A DNA stretch of 64,000 nucleotides from Candidatus Heimdallarchaeota archaeon (GCA_018238155.1 JABCTZ010000001.1:32001-96000), one strand, 5' to 3'; positions 31,545 through 40,773 are shown, numbered from the stretch's first letter. A program made the numbers and translations. The notes: generated from the letters alone by a model not told the origin.

Positions 31545-33068
31545 TTGAATTCAAAGAAACTCTCAGCAGTATTCATAATACTTGCAATGGTATTTGTAAC
31601 GTCAGTTCAATTTATCTCACCAACTGAGACAAAAGCATCAGTTATTGAAGATTCTATTATTTTAACCCCTCGAAGCTCTGATGTGGTAATAACCAAAAAG
31701 ATTGTTGCATCTAATGGAAGCTTGCTTGAATTCTATAATACTTATTCAGAGGAGACTTTCTCCGTCATTGTTGAAGTTACAAACACAGCAAGTGAAGTTC
31801 TTCATAATGCTAGCATGACTTCACCTGAAATTAACGTCACAGATATGAGAGAAATCATCAGTCAATCTGTCTATGAAGAAGAATGGTTTAAAATTTTAGG
31901 TAATGGTTCACAATTCTTTGGTGATATTAATCCCGGTCAATCCAAGAGTGTTTCTTATACAATTGGATTCGAAGAGGAATATTACGATACGGTTATTCAA
32001 AAAGAATTCTTTACTTTTAGTGCTACAAATATGACTTTCAACTGGGGCAATAGCACAGAAGATGTTAGTTACTCAAATGAAATCGATTTTAGAGTATTCG
32101 AAGTTGCTCCAACAGTTAGGGTTGAAAAATTCTTTGTTGTTAATGGTGCGAATACCTTAGACGGTAGACAAGCTTTTATCTTACAAGAAGAAGTAGTCAA
32201 TGTAACAGTAAGAATAGTAATCAAAAATTTCATTCCATACGATATTAACCTTACATGTAATGATACCGACCCCAGTCCCAATTTTACTTTTGATGATTCA
32301 TCAATTTTGGAATTTAATACTTCTTTATTACTTCCCAATCAAGAATTCTCATATTCCTATGAAATAACCCCAGTAGAGAATGGTACATTTACACTTGATC
32401 CTTGTGAAATATCAGTCACATATTTGAATAATGGAACTGTCAAAGAATTCACTTCCAATAGCCCAAAAATAGAGTTATATATGCCAATATATGACGGAGA
32501 TGATTGGACTCTGAAAATGCCTTTGATAAGTGTTGAAAAATACTTTGTGATTTTTGAAGAGAATTTAGATGGTGATCTTGTAGAAAAATACTACAAAAAG
32601 TTGGAAGTATTCAACACTACAGAAGAACCTATTAAAATAATGATTAACGTAACAAATACAGGTTCAGTTGTTGCTTATAATATCACAATAGAGGAGACAC
32701 AATTTAATGATTGGGTATTCGAAACTGATTTCTTAGAAATATGGACAATCAAAGAGTTAGCCCAAGGTCAAAATCTGACCCGGTTTTATACTGTTACTCC
32801 TATCATTCTAGGAAGCTTCAAATTTGAACCCACAAAAGTTACTTTCTCCTATAAAAATCAATTAACTCTTGTCCATGTAATGGATCAAACAATTTATTCA
32901 TGTATCATTGAACTTACAATTTCGTTTGATGTCCCTGAGGTTGATTTATCCACACAATGGTGGATTGCTATTGGTATTAGCATTGGAGTAGTAGTCTTTA
33001 CTGTTATTCCATTGGTAATTGCTTTTGTTACTTTCAAGGGACGAAGAAAAACACAGAAAGGAATGTAA
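31545..33068 (+). CDS. Type I membrane glycoprotein with three BatD/DUF11/TRAP-beta-like Ig domains
   Basis: Signal peptide, 3x (V.K...V.V.V.N.G...N....L..G....Y.V.P...G.F), C-terminal TM + basic tail. Confidence 0.7.
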   Translation: MNSKKLSAVFIILAMVFVTSVQFISPTETKASVIEDSIILTPRSSDVVITKKIVASNGSLLEFYNTYSEETFSVIVEVTNTASEVLHNASMTSPEINVTDMREIISQSVYEEEWFKILGNGSQFFGDINPGQSKSVSYTIGFEEEYYDTVIQKEFFTFSATNMTFNWGNSTEDVSYSNEIDFRVFEVAPTVRVEKFFVVNGANTLDGRQAFILQEEVVNVTVRIVIKNFIPYDINLTCNDTDPSPNFTFDDSSILEFNTSLLLPNQEFSYSYEITPVENGTFTLDPCEISVTYLNNGTVKEFTSNSPKIELYMPIYDGDDWTLKMPLISVEKYFVIFEENLDGDLVEKYYKKLEVFNTTEEPIKIMINVTNTGSVVAYNITIEETQFNDWVFETDFLEIWTIKELAQGQNLTRFYTVTPIILGSFKFEPTKVTFSYKNQLTLVHVMDQTIYSCIIELTISFDVPEVDLSTQWWIAIGISIGVVVFTVIPLVIAFVTFKGRRKTQKGM

Positions 33069-33208
33069 TCTTTTCCTTTTTCTTCTATTTCATTTTTCAG
33101 TCTCTTTTAGACTTTTTTTGGTCTGTTTTTTGCAAACATTAATTAAAGAATTTAGAGTTTAATAATTCAATAATATATAAAACAGTAAACTTGAAAGTGT
33201 TGGATAGA

Positions 33209-33466
33209 ATGGTAAAAGAAAGACGTTTAAGAATTTTACATGATGAAACTGCTAAAGAAGACGAGCTTGTAATTCATACCAAGCTGAAAGAAGATTTAGA
33301 TATTAAAACTAAAGTAGAAATTGTTGTTGCAAAAAGAAGATTTATTTTCAAAGTTCGGACTAAAACTACTGTAGAAGAAGATAAAATCTATGGTAACCCA
33401 GAGGACTTGCTCATTAAAGGAATTCAAGATAATTCTATAGCAACAATAAGAGCACCTATTGAATAA
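33209..33466 (+). CDS. Stand-alone double-psi beta-barrel protein (CDC48 N-domain-like)
   Basis: LRI...LVIH..L...LDI..KVEI...KRR...KIYGN..L...GI.DNSIATIR two-fold pattern. Confidence 0.6.
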   Translation: MVKERRLRILHDETAKEDELVIHTKLKEDLDIKTKVEIVVAKRRFIFKVRTKTTVEEDKIYGNPEDLLIKGIQDNSIATIRAPIE

Positions 33467-33530
33467 AATATCAAACAAAAAAAATTGTTCACTATGATTC
33501 ACGGATCATAGCTAACAGTTATTTTATCTT

Positions 33531-34571
33531 TTATTTAAATAAAACTTTACTAAGTAGTTTTAGTTGTTCAATACCACGGATTTCTTGTGGAACCATGGGA
33601 ATTTCAGTTTGAATAAATTCACCGAAATATTGTTTCATTGTTAACATTGTTTTTTCTTGAATTTCGAATCTCTTTGCACAGAATTGGCAATCTTTACTTG
33701 GTGGTATTAATTGATTTACAATGATGTGTTCTACAGGTATACCATATTCCTTTAATGAAGTGATTAATCTTTCAGTCTCATATAATGCCATCATAGTAGG
33801 TATTGTTACAGGAATGAATTCTGTTTTCGTTTCATCTGCAAGCTGTATTCTTGCTTTTGTAATTGTTTTCTTGAGCGTTTCCATTACTTCAAGAGAATTA
33901 TCCTCAACGTCTTCTCCACCTCCTCCACCTGAAAAGAGGTTTCGCATTCCTTTGAAAAGATTACCAAAACGCATTCTCATTTTGAGCATTCTGCCAATAA
34001 AGCTATCAAGATAATCTGGAAGAGAGAGGAATCTAAGAGTATGACCCGTTGGTGCGGTGTCAAAAACAACTAAATCATATTCATTTGATTCTATTAATTC
34101 AAGTAATTTGCTAAAAGCAAATGCTTCATCTGAACCGGGAGGGATAGAATCTTCACCTAACAAATCAGCACCTAGTCCCTCTAAACCTGGTGGCATTTGT
34201 GGTGCTCCTGTTGTTCCTTCTGTAGTATTTGATGTTGTCCCAAAACCCGGCATACCCATTCCTTGGGCACCTGGCATTCCCATTGAGCTCAACTGTTTAA
34301 AACTCTCCATGCCCTTCTCTGCATCTAGTTCCAATCCAAAGAGATTTCCATCAACATTTTCAATTTTGACAGATTCGCCCCCTGATAAATCCTGATCAAA
34401 ACAGTCAGAGAGTGAATGTGCTGGATCTGTACTTACAACAAGTACTTTATCAAAATGTTTTGCTAATTCTATACTAATAGCTGAAGCAGCTATTGTTTTA
34501 CCCACACCACCCTTTCCTCCAAGGAAGAGATACGTTAAATCCTTTTTTTCTAGCAATGATTGTAAAGTCAT
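33531..34571 (-). CDS. Get3/TRC40-like ArsA-family ATPase
   Basis: GKGGVGKT, STDPAHSL, PGSDE, DTAPTGHTLRFL, C-terminal CQFC, Met-rich insert; single domain. Confidence 0.88.
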   Translation of the reverse strand: MTLQSLLEKKDLTYLFLGGKGGVGKTIAASAISIELAKHFDKVLVVSTDPAHSLSDCFDQDLSGGESVKIENVDGNLFGLELDAEKGMESFKQLSSMGMPGAQGMGMPGFGTTSNTTEGTTGAPQMPPGLEGLGADLLGEDSIPPGSDEAFAFSKLLELIESNEYDLVVFDTAPTGHTLRFLSLPDYLDSFIGRMLKMRMRFGNLFKGMRNLFSGGGGGEDVEDNSLEVMETLKKTITKARIQLADETKTEFIPVTIPTMMALYETERLITSLKEYGIPVEHIIVNQLIPPSKDCQFCAKRFEIQEKTMLTMKQYFGEFIQTEIPMVPQEIRGIEQLKLLSKVLFK

Positions 34572-34870
34572 TTGAACCAACACATATTGTATTAATTATG
34601 TTTGATGTTTTTTTAAGCTCCTTTTAAAACTTCTAATAGCTTTTTTTTTAATAATCAACAATTTTCTAACAGCCATTTAATTTCAAATAACAACTTCTGA
34701 AATGAAATTTTGACTGACTTATATTTTTTTTTACATTTGATTTTAATGATTTTCAAAATGAAATTATTAGTTTTTAATATTACACTTTTGTTTCATATGA
34801 AAAATACTATGATACTCAATAGATTTGAATATAATAGAAGGTAAAGTATTTTTAAGGCATACTCAAAATA

Positions 34871-34990
34871 AATTCGACAAAAATTCAATTTCGAATAACT
34901 TTTATAAGTATAATAAATACTAGAAAGTTAGTAATCAGTTTTTCTGATTATTAGAAATTTATAGGAAAAATGAGGGAAAATGAGGAAAAA
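34871..34990 (+). promoter_or_regulatory. Conserved promoter + hairpin leader of secreted-protein/ABC cassette 1
   Basis: GAATAAC-TTTTATAAG BRE/TATA-like; TAGTAATCAG-TTTTT-CTGATTATTA inverted repeat; matches 58131-58250 without gaps. Confidence 0.8.
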
Positions 34991-35522
34991 TAAGAAAATA
35001 TTATTGTTAAGTACTTTAATTTTGACTATGTTAGCAGTAACATTAGTTGCTCAAACAAATAGTGCATATTCACCTGTTCGCCCATTACGCAAAGTGCGAG
35101 TTTTCATAACACAAGTAAATTGTATAGGTCTACCTCAAGGGGGATGGTTCTCTCTTACTTTGTATCCTACATATCTTCGGCCATTTGGAGGTTATGGTGA
35201 TGAATTTACATCAAATTCCAACTGTGGGGATATGTCAGGAGGTAGTTTTCTCTACCCTCCCGGAATTAGTTCTGGAACCCATGTCTATTACAATAACTTG
35301 TATTGTGATTGGTCTCTTTGTATGGACTTTACTCAAAATGCAATATATTGCAGTGGTGAAATTAAAATAAAATATAAATTAAGACAGCACAAATTATGGG
35401 GTCGTACTGAATATATTACAATATTATACAATACTTATTCTTATGATACAGAATATATAACCACTCTGCACTACGGAATGGGTGTTGTAAAAGTATATAT
35501 CACATTTCAGCTTCTAAGCTGA
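34980..35522 (+). CDS. Secreted beta-rich protein of unknown function (cassette 1)
   Basis: Sec-type signal peptide (MRKNKK-hydrophobic-NSA); homologous to 58240-58788. Confidence 0.8.
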   Translation: MRKNKKILLLSTLILTMLAVTLVAQTNSAYSPVRPLRKVRVFITQVNCIGLPQGGWFSLTLYPTYLRPFGGYGDEFTSNSNCGDMSGGSFLYPPGISSGTHVYYNNLYCDWSLCMDFTQNAIYCSGEIKIKYKLRQHKLWGRTEYITILYNTYSYDTEYITTLHYGMGVVKVYITFQLLS

Positions 35523-35536
35523 AAAGCTTTTTTTTT
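35505..35536 (+). terminator. Hairpin + T9 overlapping the stop codon of the secreted gene
   Basis: TTTCAGCTT-CT-AAGCTGAAA followed by AGC and TTTTTTTTT. Confidence 0.6.
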
Positions 35537-35548
35537 AAAAAATGTTGA

Positions 35549-38311
35549 GTGCAAATGAAAGTGAGAGATATGAAAACCATGTTATACCATCTATTTGCAA
35601 AACGAAAAGTACTATTGAAGACTATTATAATCATTGGATTACTATCTCTGATTATTCTGACTTTTCTGTTTCCTGCACAGATTGCCACACCACACATTAT
35701 CAGAAAGCATTTCAATTGGGGGGGTAATCCAATTATAATTGGTGAGGATCTACAAAATAGTGGTCTTAATAATCCGGATTTTATGTATCATTTTAAAGTC
35801 AACAATATCGCTTTTATAACTGAAATTAATCAAATTTGCAAAGAAGCATCGCTTAAGATATATGACTTATATCAACCTTCTTCCATTGGTTGTTTTAGTA
35901 TTGAGCATGTAATTATTACAAATCAAACACTTGAAGATTGGACTGTTTTTGGGATTAATACAGAATTATATACCGAGTTGGTGAGCACATTAAATTCAAG
36001 TTTTGATAATGTACCTATTTTAGTAACTAATCATAGTATAACAACTGGTTTGTATGAGTTCAATTCTAGTAAAATTGGTAATTTTAGTATAACAATTAAT
36101 CATAATATTCAAACTTTGGATCTACAAGAAAAATTACCATCATTTAATAGTTACATCAATGAATTGAATAAATATAGTGATAATCCAATAAACAAATCAC
36201 GAATGATTTTTATTCCACATGAAAGTTTTCAAACAATATTTAAAATTGATATTTTTCTCATCAAGGGTTACATTGAATTCACAACTTATCAAGAGGATAT
36301 TCTATATTGGTCTTTAGATGCACCCAGAAAGCTAAGGTTATTCAAAGAAAGCTTATGTCAAGAGTTTCACGCAAAAGAACAATCAATAAATTATTTATTA
36401 CTTTATCAATCTATAATCTATAAAGAGGGATTAGTAGAGAGTAATGTTCTCATTGTAAATATTATTTATTCATTTATTCATGCAATTCAATTAATTATCT
36501 GGGGATTATCTGGAGCATTGATTTTCTTGATTTTAATAAAAATGCAACAAAATAATAAAGACAAAGAATTTCAGATGCTATTAGCAGGAAAGAATTTTCT
36601 TACGAGAATATCTACAATTGTTTTAGAAAACATTCTTATTGTCACTGGTGTTTCGGTTATTGCTTATGGTTTACTATTGCCTTTTATTAAACTGCAAGCA
36701 CTTATCTTTAATTTTCCATTTGATTTCTATAATGAAAATATTAAATTTGCTCTCATTTTCTTTCCAATAGCATTATTCTTTAGTTTGTTGATTATTTATC
36801 TTGACTTTGAATTGCATTTACGAAAGTCACTTAAAAATGGACAAATCGATAGTGAAACCTATCAACCTTTTGCTAAGATTCCAAAGTATATTCGTTACCA
36901 GATTTTTTTGGTCTTTGTTTTCTTATTATGGTTATTAAATCGCTCATTGCAACCATTTCTATACCAAATAGGATTTTTATTCCTTTTAGGAATAATTAGT
37001 GTTCTTTTATTTTTAGTAATTAAGGGTTGCATGTGGGTTATCATAAGAGTAGTAAAGAAAATTAAACGCAAATATGACAAACCATTATCTAACTTTGTAC
37101 TTCTTCTTGAGATGTGGAAAAAACCAATTAATACAAGATTTGTTCTTAGTAGCTTTATTGGAACAATGATCATTGGTCTCTGCATATTTAGCATTGCTAA
37201 TGCTGAGGTACAGAAAACAACAATGTTTTTCAATAATGATTTTTGTGCTATAAAAACAACAGTTAGTCTTCCAAATAATGATACAACATCTATCGAAGTT
37301 TTTCTACAGAATAATTCATTATTAAATGAACACTATACAAAATTAGTTTTTGCTCAGCACAATCCATGGGATAATATTTCATTTGTACACAACAATCAAT
37401 CAATTGTTGAGTTACCCAAGAACTTTTGCTTATTATATGGTATTAATATTACTGATTATCAGGCATTCTATTCCTCTTGGCGAACAGATAATTGGTTGCA
37501 AAATAGCATACAACCAGAAAAATTGAACTGTTCAAATGCCTTTGTTAGTAAGAGTTTCGCACAGCTAGGTTATGAACTAGGTGATTCAATAACTTTAGTC
37601 AATAATCAAAATGTATCCATTGCTGGTTTCCTTGATCAGTGGATAGGTATTGTTAGTACTGGTAATTATGTTTTAGTTCTTGAAAGTCAAATAATGGAAA
37701 AATTACTATTAGATTCTAATACTTCATCTATAGAATATCAGTTTAGATTCAATAGTGAAGAAAAAAATATTGAACATTCGGTTGAATATCTTCTTAATCA
37801 TTTAAGTGACATTGATGTGCCTTTTGCTATTTCATATGTACCTCCTGATATGATAGAGGGAATAGAATTAGTATTTATCATGCCCATAATGATGACTCTT
37901 GAGTCTTTAGTTATCTTTTTTATAGCAGTTAGTATTTTTAACAATTTGACTGATATTCACTCCAGTGATGAAGCACGAACACTTGGTATTCTTTTTATGA
38001 ACACAGATTTTAAAAAAACCTTGTTTCGCGTGAAACTTTTCGAAATGTTACTTTCGATAACACTTATTGCAGTTATTGTGAGTAGTATACTTGTTGTTTT
38101 TTCAATAATACTTGATAGTAATTTTACTTCTAACAATGTACCGAATTTTATTGAGATAATAAAAGCAGGATTAGGATTTTCAAAAAATATTGTTTTTTAC
38201 TCGATAATTATTTTGCTATTTTATCTTTTAATAGTTGTCGTACAAAATGTTTTTGATTATTTGAAGTTTAATAAATTGAAAATCCATTTATTATTCCGTC
38301 ATATTGAATGA
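35549..38311 (+). CDS. Large FtsX/MacB-like ABC permease (cassette 1)
   Basis: TM, large extracellular domain, TM cluster, arranged twice; LGYELGDSI..IAGF motif; adjacent to LolD-like ATPases. Confidence 0.7.
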   Translation: MQMKVRDMKTMLYHLFAKRKVLLKTIIIIGLLSLIILTFLFPAQIATPHIIRKHFNWGGNPIIIGEDLQNSGLNNPDFMYHFKVNNIAFITEINQICKEASLKIYDLYQPSSIGCFSIEHVIITNQTLEDWTVFGINTELYTELVSTLNSSFDNVPILVTNHSITTGLYEFNSSKIGNFSITINHNIQTLDLQEKLPSFNSYINELNKYSDNPINKSRMIFIPHESFQTIFKIDIFLIKGYIEFTTYQEDILYWSLDAPRKLRLFKESLCQEFHAKEQSINYLLLYQSIIYKEGLVESNVLIVNIIYSFIHAIQLIIWGLSGALIFLILIKMQQNNKDKEFQMLLAGKNFLTRISTIVLENILIVTGVSVIAYGLLLPFIKLQALIFNFPFDFYNENIKFALIFFPIALFFSLLIIYLDFELHLRKSLKNGQIDSETYQPFAKIPKYIRYQIFLVFVFLLWLLNRSLQPFLYQIGFLFLLGIISVLLFLVIKGCMWVIIRVVKKIKRKYDKPLSNFVLLLEMWKKPINTRFVLSSFIGTMIIGLCIFSIANAEVQKTTMFFNNDFCAIKTTVSLPNNDTTSIEVFLQNNSLLNEHYTKLVFAQHNPWDNISFVHNNQSIVELPKNFCLLYGINITDYQAFYSSWRTDNWLQNSIQPEKLNCSNAFVSKSFAQLGYELGDSITLVNNQNVSIAGFLDQWIGIVSTGNYVLVLESQIMEKLLLDSNTSSIEYQFRFNSEEKNIEHSVEYLLNHLSDIDVPFAISYVPPDMIEGIELVFIMPIMMTLESLVIFFIAVSIFNNLTDIHSSDEARTLGILFMNTDFKKTLFRVKLFEMLLSITLIAVIVSSILVVFSIILDSNFTSNNVPNFIEIIKAGLGFSKNIVFYSIIILLFYLLIVVVQNVFDYLKFNKLKIHLLFRHIE

Positions 38312-38332
38312 ATTATGGAGAGAAAGTGAAAA

Positions 38333-39028
38333 ATGGTTTCAGAAACAAAATTACAAGCAAATGAACTTACAAAAATATTTGCTCATCCATCCAAGAAAAA
38401 AACAAATATACCTCTCTTTGCCGGAACGTCATTTGTGATGACAGCTGACAAAATTAATTTTGTTATCGGTCCATCTGGTTCAGGAAAAACCACTCTCATC
38501 AAAATTCTAATGAGTATTGAACCTATAAATGCTGGAGAGATTTTCTTGAATGAACAGACCATTCATTCTCTAACAATGAAAGAACGAAATAGCTATTTAC
38601 AAAAGATAGGATATATGAATCAATTTCCTGCTAAATATCTCTCTTTAGATTCTACCGTTTGGTTTAATCTCGCTCAAGCTTTTTTCCTTCATTCCAAATT
38701 ATCCAGAGAGGAATTAAAAAAACTCATTCAATCAACTGCTTCATTGTTCAGTATTGAACACTTGCTTGAACAAAGAACCAATTTCCTTTCAGGTGGAGAG
38801 CTTCGTCGACTCAGCATTGCTTGCAGTACTATTTTTCAACCTAAGATACTTTTTTGTGATGAACCAACAGCACAATTGGATGAAGAGAATAAGAAAGCTG
38901 TTATGCAAACAATCCTAGATTTGCAGAAAAAGACTAACTGTTTGATTCTTATCTCAACACATGATCAATCCATTATAGATGTTGGCAATGTTTTCGAAAT
39001 AAAAGATAGGAGGATAATAAAATGGTAA
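38333..39028 (+). CDS. ABC ATPase A (LolD/MacB-like)
   Basis: GPSGSGKT, LSGGE, CDEPTAQLD, STHD. Confidence 0.92.
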   Translation: MVSETKLQANELTKIFAHPSKKKTNIPLFAGTSFVMTADKINFVIGPSGSGKTTLIKILMSIEPINAGEIFLNEQTIHSLTMKERNSYLQKIGYMNQFPAKYLSLDSTVWFNLAQAFFLHSKLSREELKKLIQSTASLFSIEHLLEQRTNFLSGGELRRLSIACSTIFQPKILFCDEPTAQLDEENKKAVMQTILDLQKKTNCLILISTHDQSIIDVGNVFEIKDRRIIKW

Positions 39029-39708
39029 TTGAACTAAAAGAAATTCACTATAGCTTTACAAGAAAAATGAAGAATCAAGTAATTATCAAAGAAATTCTCC
39101 AAGGATTGAATCTTTCTGTCACTAAGGCTGAGTTCATTTTAATCACAGGTCCATCGGGTTCAGGGAAAACAACATTGTTACAAATCATTGCTACAATGCT
39201 ACATCAAAAAACTGGCGAACGAATACTTTTTGGAAAAAATCACTCTGATGAACAATCCACACAAGATTTGATTCCAACAAGAAGAAAAATTGGTTATCTT
39301 TTTCAACAACCCTACCTTCCTCCTAAAATGAAAATCAAGGATTTCATTGCTTTACAAGCTATGCTCTCTGGAATTGGCATTAAATCTGCTGAAGAAAGAG
39401 CAAAATCACTTTTAACAGAATTCGATATGATGAATTTTGCTAACAATTATCCTCAGAAATTAAGTGGAGGAGAAAAACAACGCATTGCTCTTGCAGGTGT
39501 TTTAGCTAAAGATATTCAACTTCTCTTATTAGATGAACCTACTGGTTCTCTTGATTCTACAAACAAATCAATTATCTGGGAAGCAATAACTGATTTAAAA
39601 GAAAAAGGTCTTACTATTATTGCTGTCACTCATGACGTCTCAATAACTTCTCTTTCAGATAAAACTTATGAATTGAATTATGGTATTTTAACTAGAAAAG
39701 GAAAATAA
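39022..39708 (+). CDS. ABC ATPase B (LolD/MacB-like)
   Basis: GPSGSGKT, GYLFQ, LSGGEKQR, LDEPTGSLD, VTHD. Confidence 0.92.
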   Translation: MVIELKEIHYSFTRKMKNQVIIKEILQGLNLSVTKAEFILITGPSGSGKTTLLQIIATMLHQKTGERILFGKNHSDEQSTQDLIPTRRKIGYLFQQPYLPPKMKIKDFIALQAMLSGIGIKSAEERAKSLLTEFDMMNFANNYPQKLSGGEKQRIALAGVLAKDIQLLLLDEPTGSLDSTNKSIIWEAITDLKEKGLTIIAVTHDVSITSLSDKTYELNYGILTRKGK

Positions 39709-39816
39709 TTCTTCAAATTTCAGAATGAAATGATTATCAATAGCCAATTTAGTATTTCATAGGAAAATACTTAATCTATCAAGTAAGCACCTACTAATCT
39801 CATTGGTGAATATGAA

Positions 39817-40773
39817 ATGACTGAAATTGACTCAATATCTGAGCCAAATAGGGTTCTTGTTAACGGCGACGATAAAGGTACTAAGAACGCCAAAGTATTT
39901 ACTTGGACAAAAGATCGCATTGTGCTTGCAATAATCTTTGTTATTATCATGCTTATCTCTGTAGGTTTGTTAGTTGTTATCATAGTTCAAGAAACATTCC
40001 TATTCACAGTTGTTCGTGATTGGTTTATTGCGCCCATTTTAAAAATACATATTGTATGGCGTATTGTTATGTTCTTAGCTGTTATGGTTCTCCAAAGTCT
40101 TTTTGCACCAATTCCATCTGAATTAATTCTTTTATCAGGTGGTATGCTGTTTGGGTACTATTGGGGTTCATTGATTGGTGTTGTTGGTTCCATGTTTAGT
40201 GCAGCAATCACTTTTTATCTTTCAAAACGTGGTGGGAGATCATTAGTTGATGCTGCTGGAAAGAAATCCGGTATAATCGATCGTACAATATATATTTTTG
40301 ATATTTGGATCAAAAGATGGGGAATTTGGGCCATTATCATTGGTAGAGCTGTGCCTGTAATTATGTTTGATCCTATAAGTTATGCAGCTGGTATAGCGAA
40401 TGTAGAAGATAAACAATATTTCTTAGCAACATTTATTGGATCAATTCCTCGCGCAATTTTCTATTCTATTCTTGGAGTTCAACTTCTGGGTGATAGAGAT
40501 ATTAACGAAATTTTAACATTAACTCAAACTGAAATAGAAACTGCTGCAAGTCAATTCAATGCTATATTCTTCATTATTTTCAGCGTTCTTGTTTTGATGT
40601 TTGTTTTGTCAAATGTTATTTACTATGTAAATCAACAAAAGAAGAAGAAAGAGAATCTAGAAGATGATGATCTCGTAGTTGGTTCCGACGAAAATGTTTC
40701 TTCAAAAGCAATTGAAATTGTTGAAGAAGAGCTTTCTGCACCAGATAGTTTATCTGAGGTTGGAGAGGAATAG
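39817..40773 (+). CDS. DedA/TVP38/TMEM64 (VTT domain) membrane protein
   Basis: APIPSE, GGMLFG, R.VP..FD.ISYAAG, FLATFIG.IPR. Confidence 0.88.
   Translation: MTEIDSISEPNRVLVNGDDKGTKNAKVFTWTKDRIVLAIIFVIIMLISVGLLVVIIVQETFLFTVVRDWFIAPILKIHIVWRIVMFLAVMVLQSLFAPIPSELILLSGGMLFGYYWGSLIGVVGSMFSAAITFYLSKRGGRSLVDAAGKKSGIIDRTIYIFDIWIKRWGIWAIIIGRAVPVIMFDPISYAAGIANVEDKQYFLATFIGSIPRAIFYSILGVQLLGDRDINEILTLTQTEIETAASQFNAIFFIIFSVLVLMFVLSNVIYYVNQQKKKKENLEDDDLVVGSDENVSSKAIEIVEEELSAPDSLSEVGEE

Noticed and set aside
33531-34571. Arsenite-efflux ArsA
   Set aside because: Single domain, no ars genes nearby, and Get3-type CxxC and Met-rich insert are present.
34970-34993. Upstream mini-ORF from the duplicated ATG as a leader peptide
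   Set aside because: Length is not conserved (7 codons versus 36 in cassette 2); more simply an RBS-bearing repeat.
34682-39731. Possible target-site duplication around cassette 1 (TTCAAAT..TTCTGAAATGAAAT vs TTCAAATTTCAGAATGAAAT)
   Set aside because: Gapped, imperfect and AT-rich; compatible with chance.
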